Part shown: one piece after another, positions 19,101 through 27,110 of the stretch | Layout of the letters: each line of letters opens with the position of its first letter | How positions within the stretch are numbered: the first letter of the stretch is position 1 | Assembly (NCBI GenBank): GCA_934590135.1 | Contig: CAKTOT010000001.1 | Span: 25,477 to 89,476, forward strand | Reading direction: 5' to 3' | Length of the DNA stretch: 64,000 nt | Source: an uncultured Muribaculaceae bacterium | GTDB taxonomy: Bacteria > Bacteroidota > Bacteroidia > Bacteroidales > Muribaculaceae | Program-made: the position numbers and the translations under genes | The notes under the pieces: model-generated | Told to the model about the DNA's origin: nothing | Database searches by the model: none | What the model saw: only the letters and a program-made list of their open reading frames with translations

Positions 19101-19464
19101 AGTCGCCGATTTCGGTGACGGATGCCGGGAACGAAAGATAGGTCAACCCCGTGCAGTTGAAGAAGGCGTTTTTGCCGATTTTGGTGATGCCTTCCGCTAT
19201 TTCGAGGTCGGTAATATCATAGTTGTAAGCAAAAGCATCATCATCAATGGCGATTACTTTGTATTCTTTGCCGTTGTAGGTGATGGAGGCCGGAATGATG
19301 ATGTCGCCCGAAGGGGCTGTCTCGCCTGTCAGCGGGGCGCGTACCGTAGCGGTGCCGGCGCTGTTGGTCGAGTAGTACAGACCGTCCACCTTGATGTCGC
19401 GAGCGTTGGCTGTCAGCGCAAGGAAGCAGCCTAATGCACCTATAATCAATGATTTGTAGTTCAT
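16135..19464 (-). CDS. T9SS-exported chimeric protein: BspA-type leucine-rich repeats, Ig-like (Big_2-like) domains, YncE/BtuG-like beta-propeller, Ig-like domain, CTD
   Basis: The ATG at 19464 gives MNYKSLIIGALGCFLALTANA. LRR units include ITKIGKNAFFNCTGLTYLSFPASVTEIGDYAFNSCTGVTSIAFP. The propeller is encoded at about 16575-17625 (MFWLNEEWFGHCSGSINF ... YYWFPAMPVNPD). CTD: IEYFNLQGVRVDADNLTPGIYVRRQGNKTAKVIIK. Confidence 0.85.
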   Translation of the reverse strand: MNYKSLIIGALGCFLALTANARDIKVDGLYYSTNSAGTATVRAPLTGETAPSGDIIIPASITYNGKEYKVIAIDDDAFAYNYDITDLEIAEGITKIGKNAFFNCTGLTYLSFPASVTEIGDYAFNSCTGVTSIAFPTGLKVAGPIFQSCLSLTKVNFNWKCVVTELNGTFQDCRVLPSISIPSSVVAIGESAFEDCKTLAKVSFSGNKLKTIGDWAFRGAKFTTVEIPEGVEEIGDMALGAMNGNWNTNKTMTSVILPSSLKKISYNAFNNCGALTELTIKPAAEPLRITTHYDSYTDMFLSCPEDLSSTTCPLTKLSLGRQLISDKTDADHTGKIFSVKSALEDLFLCGSVTSTPDLSKAEALKYITIATPVIPAAGNFNAAVKTTALVTVPAAGREAYLTADGWKEFASLANPSGIELSIADLTPDAIGVYAIGLKKSYALTSTINDEDTSASNLTYTAGVSNVLSYNKNNGKVTSGVKGDAYIYVESSENPAVRGILVAKVAPVKPVTSITLDGVVDGVLRVPYNSMIAANPVIEPSDADLTDFTISIEDPSLCTIYAAKAFNPTRNFYELTTFKLGETNVTYTAADGSGTQLTFKLVVEDRERETPIDYTKGMFWLNEEWFGHCSGSINFVGDDYAFTGKVYERENPFQAFGATSQFATVYADRLVVMSKQARDGGDLRGTEAGGGRVVIADAKTLKKIAAFDEIGGDGRAACGVGPDKFYLTHASGVRVCRAQGDTYVLDAADIAGIGGGSAYSNQMGDIIAAGKYAFAVQQGKGLHVIDTATDTYVKTIEESAAQGVVLAADGNVWMMATKKLYCINPETAEIAKEVAINQSVACQWGSWRHTNFLAAKKKNVLYWMDGGSWSGSGNIYAWDMEGDVPSEPLFSLGKREGMNGSTQAQYGTIGYDDVNDRLMLATTHGSSSNYRYNWYYFVDGTTGKELKNFALTPYYWFPAMPVNPDRAEVITDLEKVDLDNYDEPKIVDLTGRFTDADDVDSEIALSVVAANDTQLEDIADVAIEGKQLTITPKTFGDATLRLRSVSRGHVAYHDIAVKIAKVGVDDVAVDANDAAIEYFNLQGVRVDADNLTPGIYVRRQGNKTAKVIIK

Positions 19465-19561
19465 AATAGGTTTGAATTTTGTTGATAGTTGGCCTGAGTG
19501 TGAATCGATATCACACCCAAAACCGGGGTCCATAATATGTTTTAATTATATTTTTGTGCTT

Positions 19562-20512
19562 TTACAGGCGCACCTTGTGGGCGCCGCCCGAAGATGTGCG
19601 CACGATGTATATTCCCGGAGGCAGGTTGCCGAGGCGGTCGGCATAACGGCCAAGGCATACGCCGGAGAGCGTGTACACGGTGGCAGATGTATCTTGTGCG
19701 GGTTTGATTACAGGATTTATTTCCTGTATGGAATTGACATTCAGGTGATCGTAATCTAATTCTATACTCCAATCGACTTCTGTCGATCCGTAATCATCGC
19801 CTTGGAAGTTGTGGTAGGCCCAGCCGTTGACGGCGCCGTCTGTCAGCTCGACGGAGGACATACCCAGACCGGAATAGCCCATTTCGTCAAGTATGGCATC
19901 GCCCACCCAATAGCTCCAGTATCCGTTGTACCATCCGGCACGCCACAATATATTTTTCGGCGCGCCTTCTTCCAACTGCCAGTGATCGTAGTCGTAGGCG
20001 CTGTATCCGTATTCGCGGTGGCTTAGGGGATGTTCGATGACGTGCGTTGTCTTGGCTTCCTCGATGGCCTGATTGCAGATCTCTTGTGTTGCGGCGCGGG
20101 GGGCTCCGGTCTGCCCCATACCTGTATTGGGCGTATAGTAGCCGAAGGAGATATTGGCGTCATTGGCGGCGCCTTCGAAGTCGTATCGCAGGTAGTTCGT
20201 TACCGCGTGGTCGAAACTGAATCCCGCGCCGGAGAATGTGTAGCCGAAGTTGGTCCACTGAATCATAACGTCGAAGTCGGTGGAGGCAGCGGCTATGGCT
20301 TTCACCATATCGGCGCCGGAGGGCTTAGAGATGGTACTGTCCCAGCGGAAACCCCAGACTTGAGCGACTTTTTGTTCGTCAAAAAGCACAACCAATGCGG
20401 CACGTGCATCGCCCTCGCCTGTCCAATGTGTAATTTTGTCGAAGTCCAGAGTGGTTGCACCGCAAGACAGTGCTATGGTGCATATTGCCGTAAGGAGTAG
20501 GTGTCTAACCAT
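19562..20512 (-). CDS. T9SS-exported hypothetical protein, Trp/Tyr-rich, no family recognised
   Basis: Signal MVRHLLLTAICTIALSCG. 12 Trp, including ILWRAGWYNGYWSYWVGD. C-terminal tail TVYTLSGVCLGRYADRLGNLPPGIYIVRTSSGGAHKVRL resembles a T9SS CTD. Confidence 0.7.
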   Translation of the reverse strand: MVRHLLLTAICTIALSCGATTLDFDKITHWTGEGDARAALVVLFDEQKVAQVWGFRWDSTISKPSGADMVKAIAAASTDFDVMIQWTNFGYTFSGAGFSFDHAVTNYLRYDFEGAANDANISFGYYTPNTGMGQTGAPRAATQEICNQAIEEAKTTHVIEHPLSHREYGYSAYDYDHWQLEEGAPKNILWRAGWYNGYWSYWVGDAILDEMGYSGLGMSSVELTDGAVNGWAYHNFQGDDYGSTEVDWSIELDYDHLNVNSIQEINPVIKPAQDTSATVYTLSGVCLGRYADRLGNLPPGIYIVRTSSGGAHKVRL

Positions 20513-20537
20513 ATAAGTCGGGCTTTGATAAAAAAAT

Positions 20538-20579
20538 ACGGGAAGACGGTCGGGATGTGTCCGTGGACCGTCTTCCCGT
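20538..20579 (-). terminator. Rho-independent terminator-like hairpin inside the B12 locus
   Basis: Perfect 14-bp stem: ACGGGAAGACGGTC (20538-20551) pairs with GACCGTCTTCCCGT (20566-20579). On the minus strand it is followed by ATTTTTTTATC. It lies 12 nt after the stop of 20591-22000. Confidence 0.7.
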
Positions 20580-20590
20580 GAATTGTCTGA

Positions 20591-22000
20591 TTAGCGCAGT
20601 AGTACTTTTTGAGTATTTGCGCCGCGGCGTTCGATGTATATGCCTGCGGGTGCGTTTTCGGGGTTGATACGACGGCCTTGCAGGTCGTAGTATTCGGGCT
20701 CGGCGTTGATGTCGGTGTCAGGAATGGTGATGTCGCCTATGCCGGTAGTGCTTTTGTCATCATTTTCGGTGAAGATGGGCAGCGAGGGGAACCAATAACT
20801 ATCAATCATAGCGTATTCTTTGAGGAGTTCGCCGGATGAGCTGTAGCGACGTGTCCAGTAGCTGTTGGAACCTGTGTCCTGATTGACGGCCATATAAATT
20901 TCGTCCGTCACGGGGTGGATGCGCATCGAGGAACCGTAGATATAACGGTCTTTGCTTGTGTATGTTCCGCCGGTTTCGATGATGGTTTCAGCCTCGTGTG
21001 TGACAGTGTTGAAGCGTACCACTTGGGTGGCCATATACCACATGAAGTATCCTGCATCGCCTTTCCAGTAGATGTAGTCGTTGTGCATGCTGGCGCACAT
21101 ACAGTCGGGTGTCCATGCGTACCAAGTGTTGGTGGGCTGGGGCACGGAGGTATCAAGCTCGATGAATTCGGCAGTCAGGGCTACCGGGTCGATGCGTACG
21201 ACATACGACATTGTCTCGCCGTAGCTGGACGATATACTGCCGTTGACGCCGGCCCAGATAACGCCGTTGCGATCCTTGATGAGCGAACCGACACCGATGT
21301 CTTCGCCCAGTTGCTTGAAGTCAATGGTCTTGACAATGAGGTCGGTGGCGGCGTCTACAACTTGCACGCCGTAGGTTTGATGTGCGATGAATACGTATTT
21401 GCCGCTCAAAACCATAGCTCCACATTGTCCGTGATACAGCGAGCCGGAGGGGTTGGTTGCGTCTTGGTCGCTATTGCCATTGGGGTTCTCGGTTCCGGCT
21501 ATTTGCTTGATTACGCTATTGGTGTGGGTGTCGAATACCCATACGCCGTTGGTCGAAGATATGTATATCTTGTCTGCCGAAACGCCCACGACACCACGGC
21601 CGTCACAGCGTGCGCCCGAGGGATCGATATTGGTCAGTTGGGCTATGCATTTCATTGAGTTGTAGTCGCATACGGTGATACGCGCGCCGGTGACGGATGC
21701 TCCGGGGTCTTTCTCTTGCTTGGAGATGAGGTAGAGGCGTCCACCCCAGGCGATACCGTCTTGTGCGGTACATCCGAGTTCCTTGCCCGGGTTACGGGTC
21801 TTGAAAACGCGGTATTCCCAGTAGTTGCCGTCCGGATCGTCCGGGCGCAAGTAGTTGATGGTGGAGTTGTTGTGTCCGTACCAGTCTTCGTTGAGGTAGA
21901 AGAAACCTCCCGAGAGGTCTTCTTCGGCCGAAGCGACAAGCGTACCGACCATAGCGATAGCTATGGCGGCCGTAAGTTTCTTGCTGTAAAATTTTTTCAT
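20591..22000 (-). CDS. T9SS-exported YncE/BtuG-like beta-propeller protein (paralog 1)
   Basis: Signal MKKFYSKKLTAAIAIAMVGTLVASA. GGFFYLNEDWYGHNNSTINYL ... SYWFPSLPIFTE. CTD: EYYDLQGRRINPENAPAGIYIERRGANTQKVLLR. Confidence 0.85.
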   Translation of the reverse strand: MKKFYSKKLTAAIAIAMVGTLVASAEEDLSGGFFYLNEDWYGHNNSTINYLRPDDPDGNYWEYRVFKTRNPGKELGCTAQDGIAWGGRLYLISKQEKDPGASVTGARITVCDYNSMKCIAQLTNIDPSGARCDGRGVVGVSADKIYISSTNGVWVFDTHTNSVIKQIAGTENPNGNSDQDATNPSGSLYHGQCGAMVLSGKYVFIAHQTYGVQVVDAATDLIVKTIDFKQLGEDIGVGSLIKDRNGVIWAGVNGSISSSYGETMSYVVRIDPVALTAEFIELDTSVPQPTNTWYAWTPDCMCASMHNDYIYWKGDAGYFMWYMATQVVRFNTVTHEAETIIETGGTYTSKDRYIYGSSMRIHPVTDEIYMAVNQDTGSNSYWTRRYSSSGELLKEYAMIDSYWFPSLPIFTENDDKSTTGIGDITIPDTDINAEPEYYDLQGRRINPENAPAGIYIERRGANTQKVLLR

Positions 22001-22069
22001 TTTTACTTGATAAATATGATTGTATGATATATTGATTACGAATATGCTTGCAATTTCGGCCTGTGTGTA

Positions 22070-23305
22070 TCATCGCCGTCTCGCCGCGGTGGGCACCATG
22101 GTGGCGATGACGTGGAGGTCGGCGGCACGACTTAGCTCGGTGGAAGTCTCGCCTATCCATCCGCAGTACTGATTGACGGCGGTGTATACGCGTATCCAGT
22201 CGGCGCCGGGTAGCTTGACGGGACGGCCGTCGGCATCTACGGCGTTGGAGATGTCGAAGCTATTGAGCTCGGGATAGTCGTTGGGATGGTTGTCCACGTA
22301 TCCCCAGTCATAGCTGTACAATATATAATATGTTCCGGCGCCGCTGCGGTCGATGGCGTTGGGCGCCAGGCAACTGCCTTGGAATGTCAGCGTCTGCTGC
22401 GGCATCCATTTGGGCCAGTATTCTCCATCGTGGAATATGTTGTGAGCGACGTATCCCGTTGCGCCGGTATTGTCCTTCCACGGAATGTAATACAGATTGT
22501 CAAGTGCGCCATTTTTTACCACCTCGGCCGTCGGGTCGGGGCGACTGTATGTAATTGTGTAGTTGTGGCGTGTCTTGGGCGAATAGTATTCGCTGCCGGC
22601 CAGCTCGTACCACGGGTCATCGGCTATGCCGTTGCAATTGGCGTCGTAGCTCACCATCACTATGCCTGGCTCGGCGCTGCCGCCGCGGTCTTCGGGATGT
22701 GTGGCTTCGTAGAAGCAGTTGCCCCAAATACGGAAGTCGTTGCCGGGGAGATTGACCACGGTATGGTCAAAGGCGAAGGTGACATATCCGCCGTAGGCCC
22801 CGAGCGAAATCATTACGTCGTTGGTGCCGCTGATGCACTCGCCGGCTTTACGCGCCATGTCCTCGGCGGTATCGCCTTCGTCGTAGCGCGGCATATCATT
22901 GACAAATTGTCCGGGGGCGGGGCAGTACTCGGTTACGGTGGATATGTAGGGGCTGTACTCAACTTCCTCGTGAAGCACGTCCACGGTCATCGTATGGCTC
23001 ACCGGTACGGAAGTGTCCACGATGTCGAAGCGCAAGGTGTAGCGCCCTTCTTCGGCGGTGAGGAATACCAAACGGCGTTGTCCTTCGATAATGCTGTCGG
23101 TGCCGTCGGGACGTGTGATGGTCCAGCGGTAGTCTTGGCCGGTGAGTGCCGGGTCAAGGTCCAGCTTGGTCATACGTGCCACGCGGTAGTAATCGTCCAG
23201 CCCGAGGCTGACAATGGGTGTATCGCCGCCGTTACAGCCGATGATTGTCAGGGCAATCGTGGCCGATATCAAGTATATTATGCCTTTGTGTAGTGTCTGC
23301 ATCAT
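22070..23305 (-). CDS. Surface lipoprotein with a PKD/Ig-like N-terminal domain and a beta-rich C-terminal domain. It occupies the position of the accessory cell-surface proteins of Bacteroides B12 loci.
   Basis: The ATG at 23305 (MMQTLHKGIIYLISATIALTIIGC, lipobox) overlaps the upstream stop by 4 nt (ATGA). Ig-like segment YRWTITRPDGTDSIIEGQRRLVFLTAEEGRYTLRFDIVD. The 146 N-terminal codons in the track ORF are Arg/His-rich junk overlapping the upstream gene. Confidence 0.7.
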   Translation of the reverse strand: MMQTLHKGIIYLISATIALTIIGCNGGDTPIVSLGLDDYYRVARMTKLDLDPALTGQDYRWTITRPDGTDSIIEGQRRLVFLTAEEGRYTLRFDIVDTSVPVSHTMTVDVLHEEVEYSPYISTVTEYCPAPGQFVNDMPRYDEGDTAEDMARKAGECISGTNDVMISLGAYGGYVTFAFDHTVVNLPGNDFRIWGNCFYEATHPEDRGGSAEPGIVMVSYDANCNGIADDPWYELAGSEYYSPKTRHNYTITYSRPDPTAEVVKNGALDNLYYIPWKDNTGATGYVAHNIFHDGEYWPKWMPQQTLTFQGSCLAPNAIDRSGAGTYYILYSYDWGYVDNHPNDYPELNSFDISNAVDADGRPVKLPGADWIRVYTAVNQYCGWIGETSTELSRAADLHVIATMVPTAARRR

Positions 23306-24480
23306 CGTTTTTCGTAAAAACATATATGAGCCGGGATGTCGCCGGTACGGACGCTCCATTGGCGTTTGCCGTCGGGACTGAAGCAGTAGAGCGTGCCCGA
23401 GGATACGTAATTCTTGGCATCGGTGACGTAGATGTCGCCCGTGACGGGGTGTACGGTGATGCCGTAGGGCATCTTGATGTTTTGCTCGGTGCCATCGGTG
23501 ATGAAGTTGTCGGCTACACGCTGGCGGTCGCGCACGTTGACGATGCCGTATGATATGGTATTGGTGCCGGTAAAGTTGCTCCACGCTACGCCGATATAAT
23601 ACATACTGTCGTCTCGTATTGCCATATCGCTCACGGCAATGTCCAGACATCCGGCCACGCGCATCTCGCCGGTGCCCTCGTCGCGCTCCAGGTAATACAG
23701 GCGTGGCGGCACGCTGTTGTAGTCGCCGCGCGAGGTCACCCATAGACGGTTGTATTTGTCCTTGCGTATGCGGTGCAGGTTGATGGCCACGGGTATCTGA
23801 CGCACTTGTTTGAAGTCTATCAATTGGATTACGGATACGGTGTTGTCATAATTGGGCACTCGGTATCCGCCGCTATTGGCGACGTACATATAGTCGTCGA
23901 TAATCTCCATTTCCTCGGGCTGGTATCCGACGATGCAACGCCTTGTTACCTTGAGGCTGGTGGTGTCCACCTCGTAGACTGCGCCTTTGGGCGAATCGGG
24001 GTCGATGAGCACCGGGCCGACGTAGCTGCTGACGTATGCCTTGCCGCGATGGAACTTGATGTATCGACAGTTGGGTATATCTATTTGGGCGATGCGTACG
24101 GCTGTCTTTGCGTCCAGGACCTCGACTTTATGGCTGCAATTGACTACGAGGTAGAGCTTGCTGCCGTAGATGGCTATGTCGTTGCCGACATCTCCGAGTT
24201 CTTTGATGACATTGGGGTTGCGCTCGGGGTATATATTGCGCGCATACAGTCCGGTGACGTAGTCCAGGTAGTCGAGAGTGCATTTATTGCTGCCCATATT
24301 GCCTTCGTTGAGCAGGTACATACCGCGTATGCGGCCTTCGCTGTCAGGCACTGCCGGCACGGGGTCATACTCTGCCGGCACCACGAGCTCGTCCTCGCGA
24401 CAGCTCGTGGTACATAGCATGAGTAGCAGAAAACAAATCATACATCCCGTTAGTCGGAATGACGTATGGGGATGAATCAT
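23302..24480 (-). CDS. YncE/DUF5074-type beta-propeller lipoprotein, BtuG-like by context
   Basis: The ATG at 24480 gives MIHPHTSFRLTGCMICFLLLMLCTTSC (lipobox). GMYLLNEGNMGSNKCTLDYLDYVTGLY is the LNEGNxGxxNxxL start typical of this propeller family. It lies immediately downstream of the riboswitch-controlled TonB-dependent receptor. Confidence 0.75.
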   Translation of the reverse strand: MIHPHTSFRLTGCMICFLLLMLCTTSCREDELVVPAEYDPVPAVPDSEGRIRGMYLLNEGNMGSNKCTLDYLDYVTGLYARNIYPERNPNVIKELGDVGNDIAIYGSKLYLVVNCSHKVEVLDAKTAVRIAQIDIPNCRYIKFHRGKAYVSSYVGPVLIDPDSPKGAVYEVDTTSLKVTRRCIVGYQPEEMEIIDDYMYVANSGGYRVPNYDNTVSVIQLIDFKQVRQIPVAINLHRIRKDKYNRLWVTSRGDYNSVPPRLYYLERDEGTGEMRVAGCLDIAVSDMAIRDDSMYYIGVAWSNFTGTNTISYGIVNVRDRQRVADNFITDGTEQNIKMPYGITVHPVTGDIYVTDAKNYVSSGTLYCFSPDGKRQWSVRTGDIPAHICFYEKR

Positions 24481-24572
24481 AGGTCTATATATTATTGTAT
24501 TGATATAACCGCGGTCGCGTGTCGCCTCTGCGGCACGTGCCATCATCGTCTTTGAGTCCGTATTCCTGCTTG

Positions 24573-26702
24573 TCATATCGTTACGGTGAGGGTGAAACGG
24601 TAGTTGCGCTTGGGCATGGGGTAGTTGATGATGACGTCGTAGTCCTGGGAAAACAAGTTGTTGACTTCGACGGTGGCGCGTAGGCCGACTTTGCCGAGGG
24701 TGAAATCTCGGGTCAGCGATACATCGCTGGTGTACCAGGGCTGGGTGTAGTTGTAGCGGATATTTTCCTGCTGGTTGTAACGCTCGCCTACGTATATGAA
24801 GCTGTAGTTGAGGTTCCAGCGTCGCCACGCGATATTGGCTATGGCGCCTCCGCTGTGGTGTGGAATGTACGGAATTTGGTCGCGATAGTAGTTGTCCTCG
24901 GGATTGGTGATGTCGATGGCGCGTTGCCAGGTGTACTGCAGGCGCAGGGTGATGTCCATGTCGCGGCGCGGGGTGACGGTGGCGGCGGCGCTGATGTCGA
25001 CGCCGCGGATGTCCACGAGGCCCAGGTTAAGCATAGTCCAACGGAATTGCTGCCCCTTGGGGTAGGCTACAATCTTGTCGCGGACTTTGTTGTAATATCC
25101 GTCGGCGCTGAATTTGATGGAGGATAGCAACGAGGTGCGACGCGTATGGTCGTACACGATGCCGACGTTGTACTGGGTGACGCGCTCGGGATTGAGCTTG
25201 GAATTGCCCATATCGGCGTAATACAAGTCGTTGAAAGTCGGCATACGGAACGAACGCTTGTAGAACGCACGCAGCGACAACATATCCGTGCCGCGCTCGT
25301 TCTTGGTGTCTACAAAGGCGTAGGATGCGTACACGGCCGGAGTGAATACGTGCTTGGTGGGAGGATCCTGAACATCTTCGAGCATATCGCGCACAAAGGT
25401 GCCCAAAGCCGAGGCCTGTCCTTTGAAGCGGCCGAGGGTGACGGCTGTAGCGGCGGACAGCAGATTGGAATAGCGCACGGGGCGTACAAAGTCGTAGACG
25501 TCGGCGTCGAGGCTGTTGTACATAAAATCGTAGCTGGCCGACACTTCCCATTTGCCGGGGATGATGTCGTATTGATTGGCCGTGGATACGTAGACCTCGC
25601 GCTGACGATATAGATTGTCCACCTTGATTTGCTTGTCGTCGTTGTTGACGTAGTGCGTACGGTAGAAGGCGTACTTGGCATTAGCCAGGGTGGTCCAGCG
25701 CCCGTAAGTGGCACGCCAATGACCTTGGACAAAGCTGTTTGTATCCCAGATTCGCTCGCCGCGACGCCACACATTATTGACGATTGCGCCGGGAATGCCG
25801 CGTTCGCTGTTGTAGTTGTAGGCCTTGGCCATCCAATTGCCGTGTGCCGTGGACCCGAATACCGAAGCCTCGAGGCGCGTGGCGTTGATGTCGCCGTTTT
25901 GGCGCGTGGCCGTGGTGTCATAGGCCACTTCGCCGGCGGGGTTGACGCGGCGATAGCGGAATTTGTATTTGCCGGACGAATTGAGCCATTCGGCACTGAG
26001 CGAGGCGCTTACGCGGCGCGACAGTTTGAGCTGTACCAATGCCGAGGGGTTGATGAGATCAAAGCTGCCGGTGCGTACTGCCGCACGAGCATGGTATGTC
26101 TCGTCGCCCTCAAATCGAGGTACGGCGGTACGCATATATATTGTGCCGGCGTTGCCGAAGTCGCGTGCCGGCTGCAATATCTGACTTTTCTGGCCGTTGT
26201 ACAGCGACAACGCCTCCATGTTGTCCAGTGAGAATTGTCCGAGGTCAATCTGGCCGTTTTGGGCGTTACCCAGAGCCACTCCATCGTACACTACGCCGGT
26301 GTGATTGGTGCCCATCGAGCGGATATTGACAGTCTTGATGCCTCCGACGCCGCCGTAATCCTTGACCTGTACACCCGAGAAGTAGCGCAACGCATCGGCC
26401 ACGCTGTTGCTGGACAGACGGCGCAGCTCCTCGCCGGCAAGTGTCTGTACGGGAATGATTTCGGTGGGTTCCCACGGGCGTCGTGTGGTTACTATCAACT
26501 CATGCAGCGATTGGATGCTGTCGCTCCATCTCATTGCGCGGGCTTCGATGGCGGCGCTGTCGCGCTCGGCTTCGGTGGTCGAAGTGCTTTCGGGGTGCTG
26601 CGCATACACGGCGGTGGCGGCTGCAAGTGCGAGGACGGCCGCCACGCATACTTGACGGTATACGCGGAGTTCTTTCAAAAATGTCTTAGATGTTTGTGGC
26701 AT
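24573..26702 (-). CDS. btuB: TonB-dependent receptor, BtuB-like (corrinoid) by riboswitch context
   Basis: The ATG at 26702 gives MPQTSKTFLKELRVYRQVCVAAVLALAAATAVYAQ (signal). Plug region VADALRYFSGVQVKDYGGVGGIKTVNIRSMGTNHTGVVYDGVALGN. C-terminal beta-barrel ending NYRFTLTVTI. The track ORF start at 27140 runs through the riboswitch and is rejected. Confidence 0.9.
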   Translation of the reverse strand: MPQTSKTFLKELRVYRQVCVAAVLALAAATAVYAQHPESTSTTEAERDSAAIEARAMRWSDSIQSLHELIVTTRRPWEPTEIIPVQTLAGEELRRLSSNSVADALRYFSGVQVKDYGGVGGIKTVNIRSMGTNHTGVVYDGVALGNAQNGQIDLGQFSLDNMEALSLYNGQKSQILQPARDFGNAGTIYMRTAVPRFEGDETYHARAAVRTGSFDLINPSALVQLKLSRRVSASLSAEWLNSSGKYKFRYRRVNPAGEVAYDTTATRQNGDINATRLEASVFGSTAHGNWMAKAYNYNSERGIPGAIVNNVWRRGERIWDTNSFVQGHWRATYGRWTTLANAKYAFYRTHYVNNDDKQIKVDNLYRQREVYVSTANQYDIIPGKWEVSASYDFMYNSLDADVYDFVRPVRYSNLLSAATAVTLGRFKGQASALGTFVRDMLEDVQDPPTKHVFTPAVYASYAFVDTKNERGTDMLSLRAFYKRSFRMPTFNDLYYADMGNSKLNPERVTQYNVGIVYDHTRRTSLLSSIKFSADGYYNKVRDKIVAYPKGQQFRWTMLNLGLVDIRGVDISAAATVTPRRDMDITLRLQYTWQRAIDITNPEDNYYRDQIPYIPHHSGGAIANIAWRRWNLNYSFIYVGERYNQQENIRYNYTQPWYTSDVSLTRDFTLGKVGLRATVEVNNLFSQDYDVIINYPMPKRNYRFTLTVTI

Positions 26703-26869
26703 CTGTCGAATGTGTTGTGCTCCTTCCGCCATGGCGGACAAGGGCGCGAGTGAAACATATCGCAGATGCTGTTGCCGCATCCTCCGGAACGGACGGCGCG
26801 CAATGCGCCGATATTCCCGGCAGGAATTTCGGGTCTGATGAGACTCTGAGCTCGTCCTCGCAAGCCGGC

Positions 26870-27095
26870 GTCGCTGTGACGCCCTTGGCAGAGCATCGGC
26901 GGTTTTGCTTTCAGGCAGGTCTTCTGACTTGCCTCCGACCGGCTTCGGACGCCTTCCCGTATCGCCTGCGGCGGTATAGTGACGTATGTCCGAGGTCGTG
27001 CCAATGTGCTGATGCGCAGCGGCGTGAGGCTCACAGCAGCGGGACTGTCCGGGATTTGCACCCGATTCCCTTTTAAGCGCGGCACAGCGGCCGCG
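26870..27095 (-). promoter_or_regulatory. Cobalamin (B12) riboswitch
   Basis: The minus strand reads AAAAGGGAAUCGGGUGCAAAUCCCGGACAGUCCCGCUGCUGUGAG (core, complement of about 27030-27074), then GGGAAGGCG, then the B12 box AAGUCAGAAGACCUGCC (complement of 26914-26930). All match the canonical cobalamin aptamer consensus. The boundaries are approximate. Confidence 0.85.
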
Positions 27096-27110
27096 CACCT
27101 GTTTGCGCCG

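Noticed and set aside
22286-23293. 335-aa plus-strand ORF. Also 50066-50932 (+), 6006-6656 (+), 17134-17880 (+) and 20915-21658 (+).
   Set aside because: All lie antisense to minus-strand genes with clear signal peptides, lipoboxes and family motifs.
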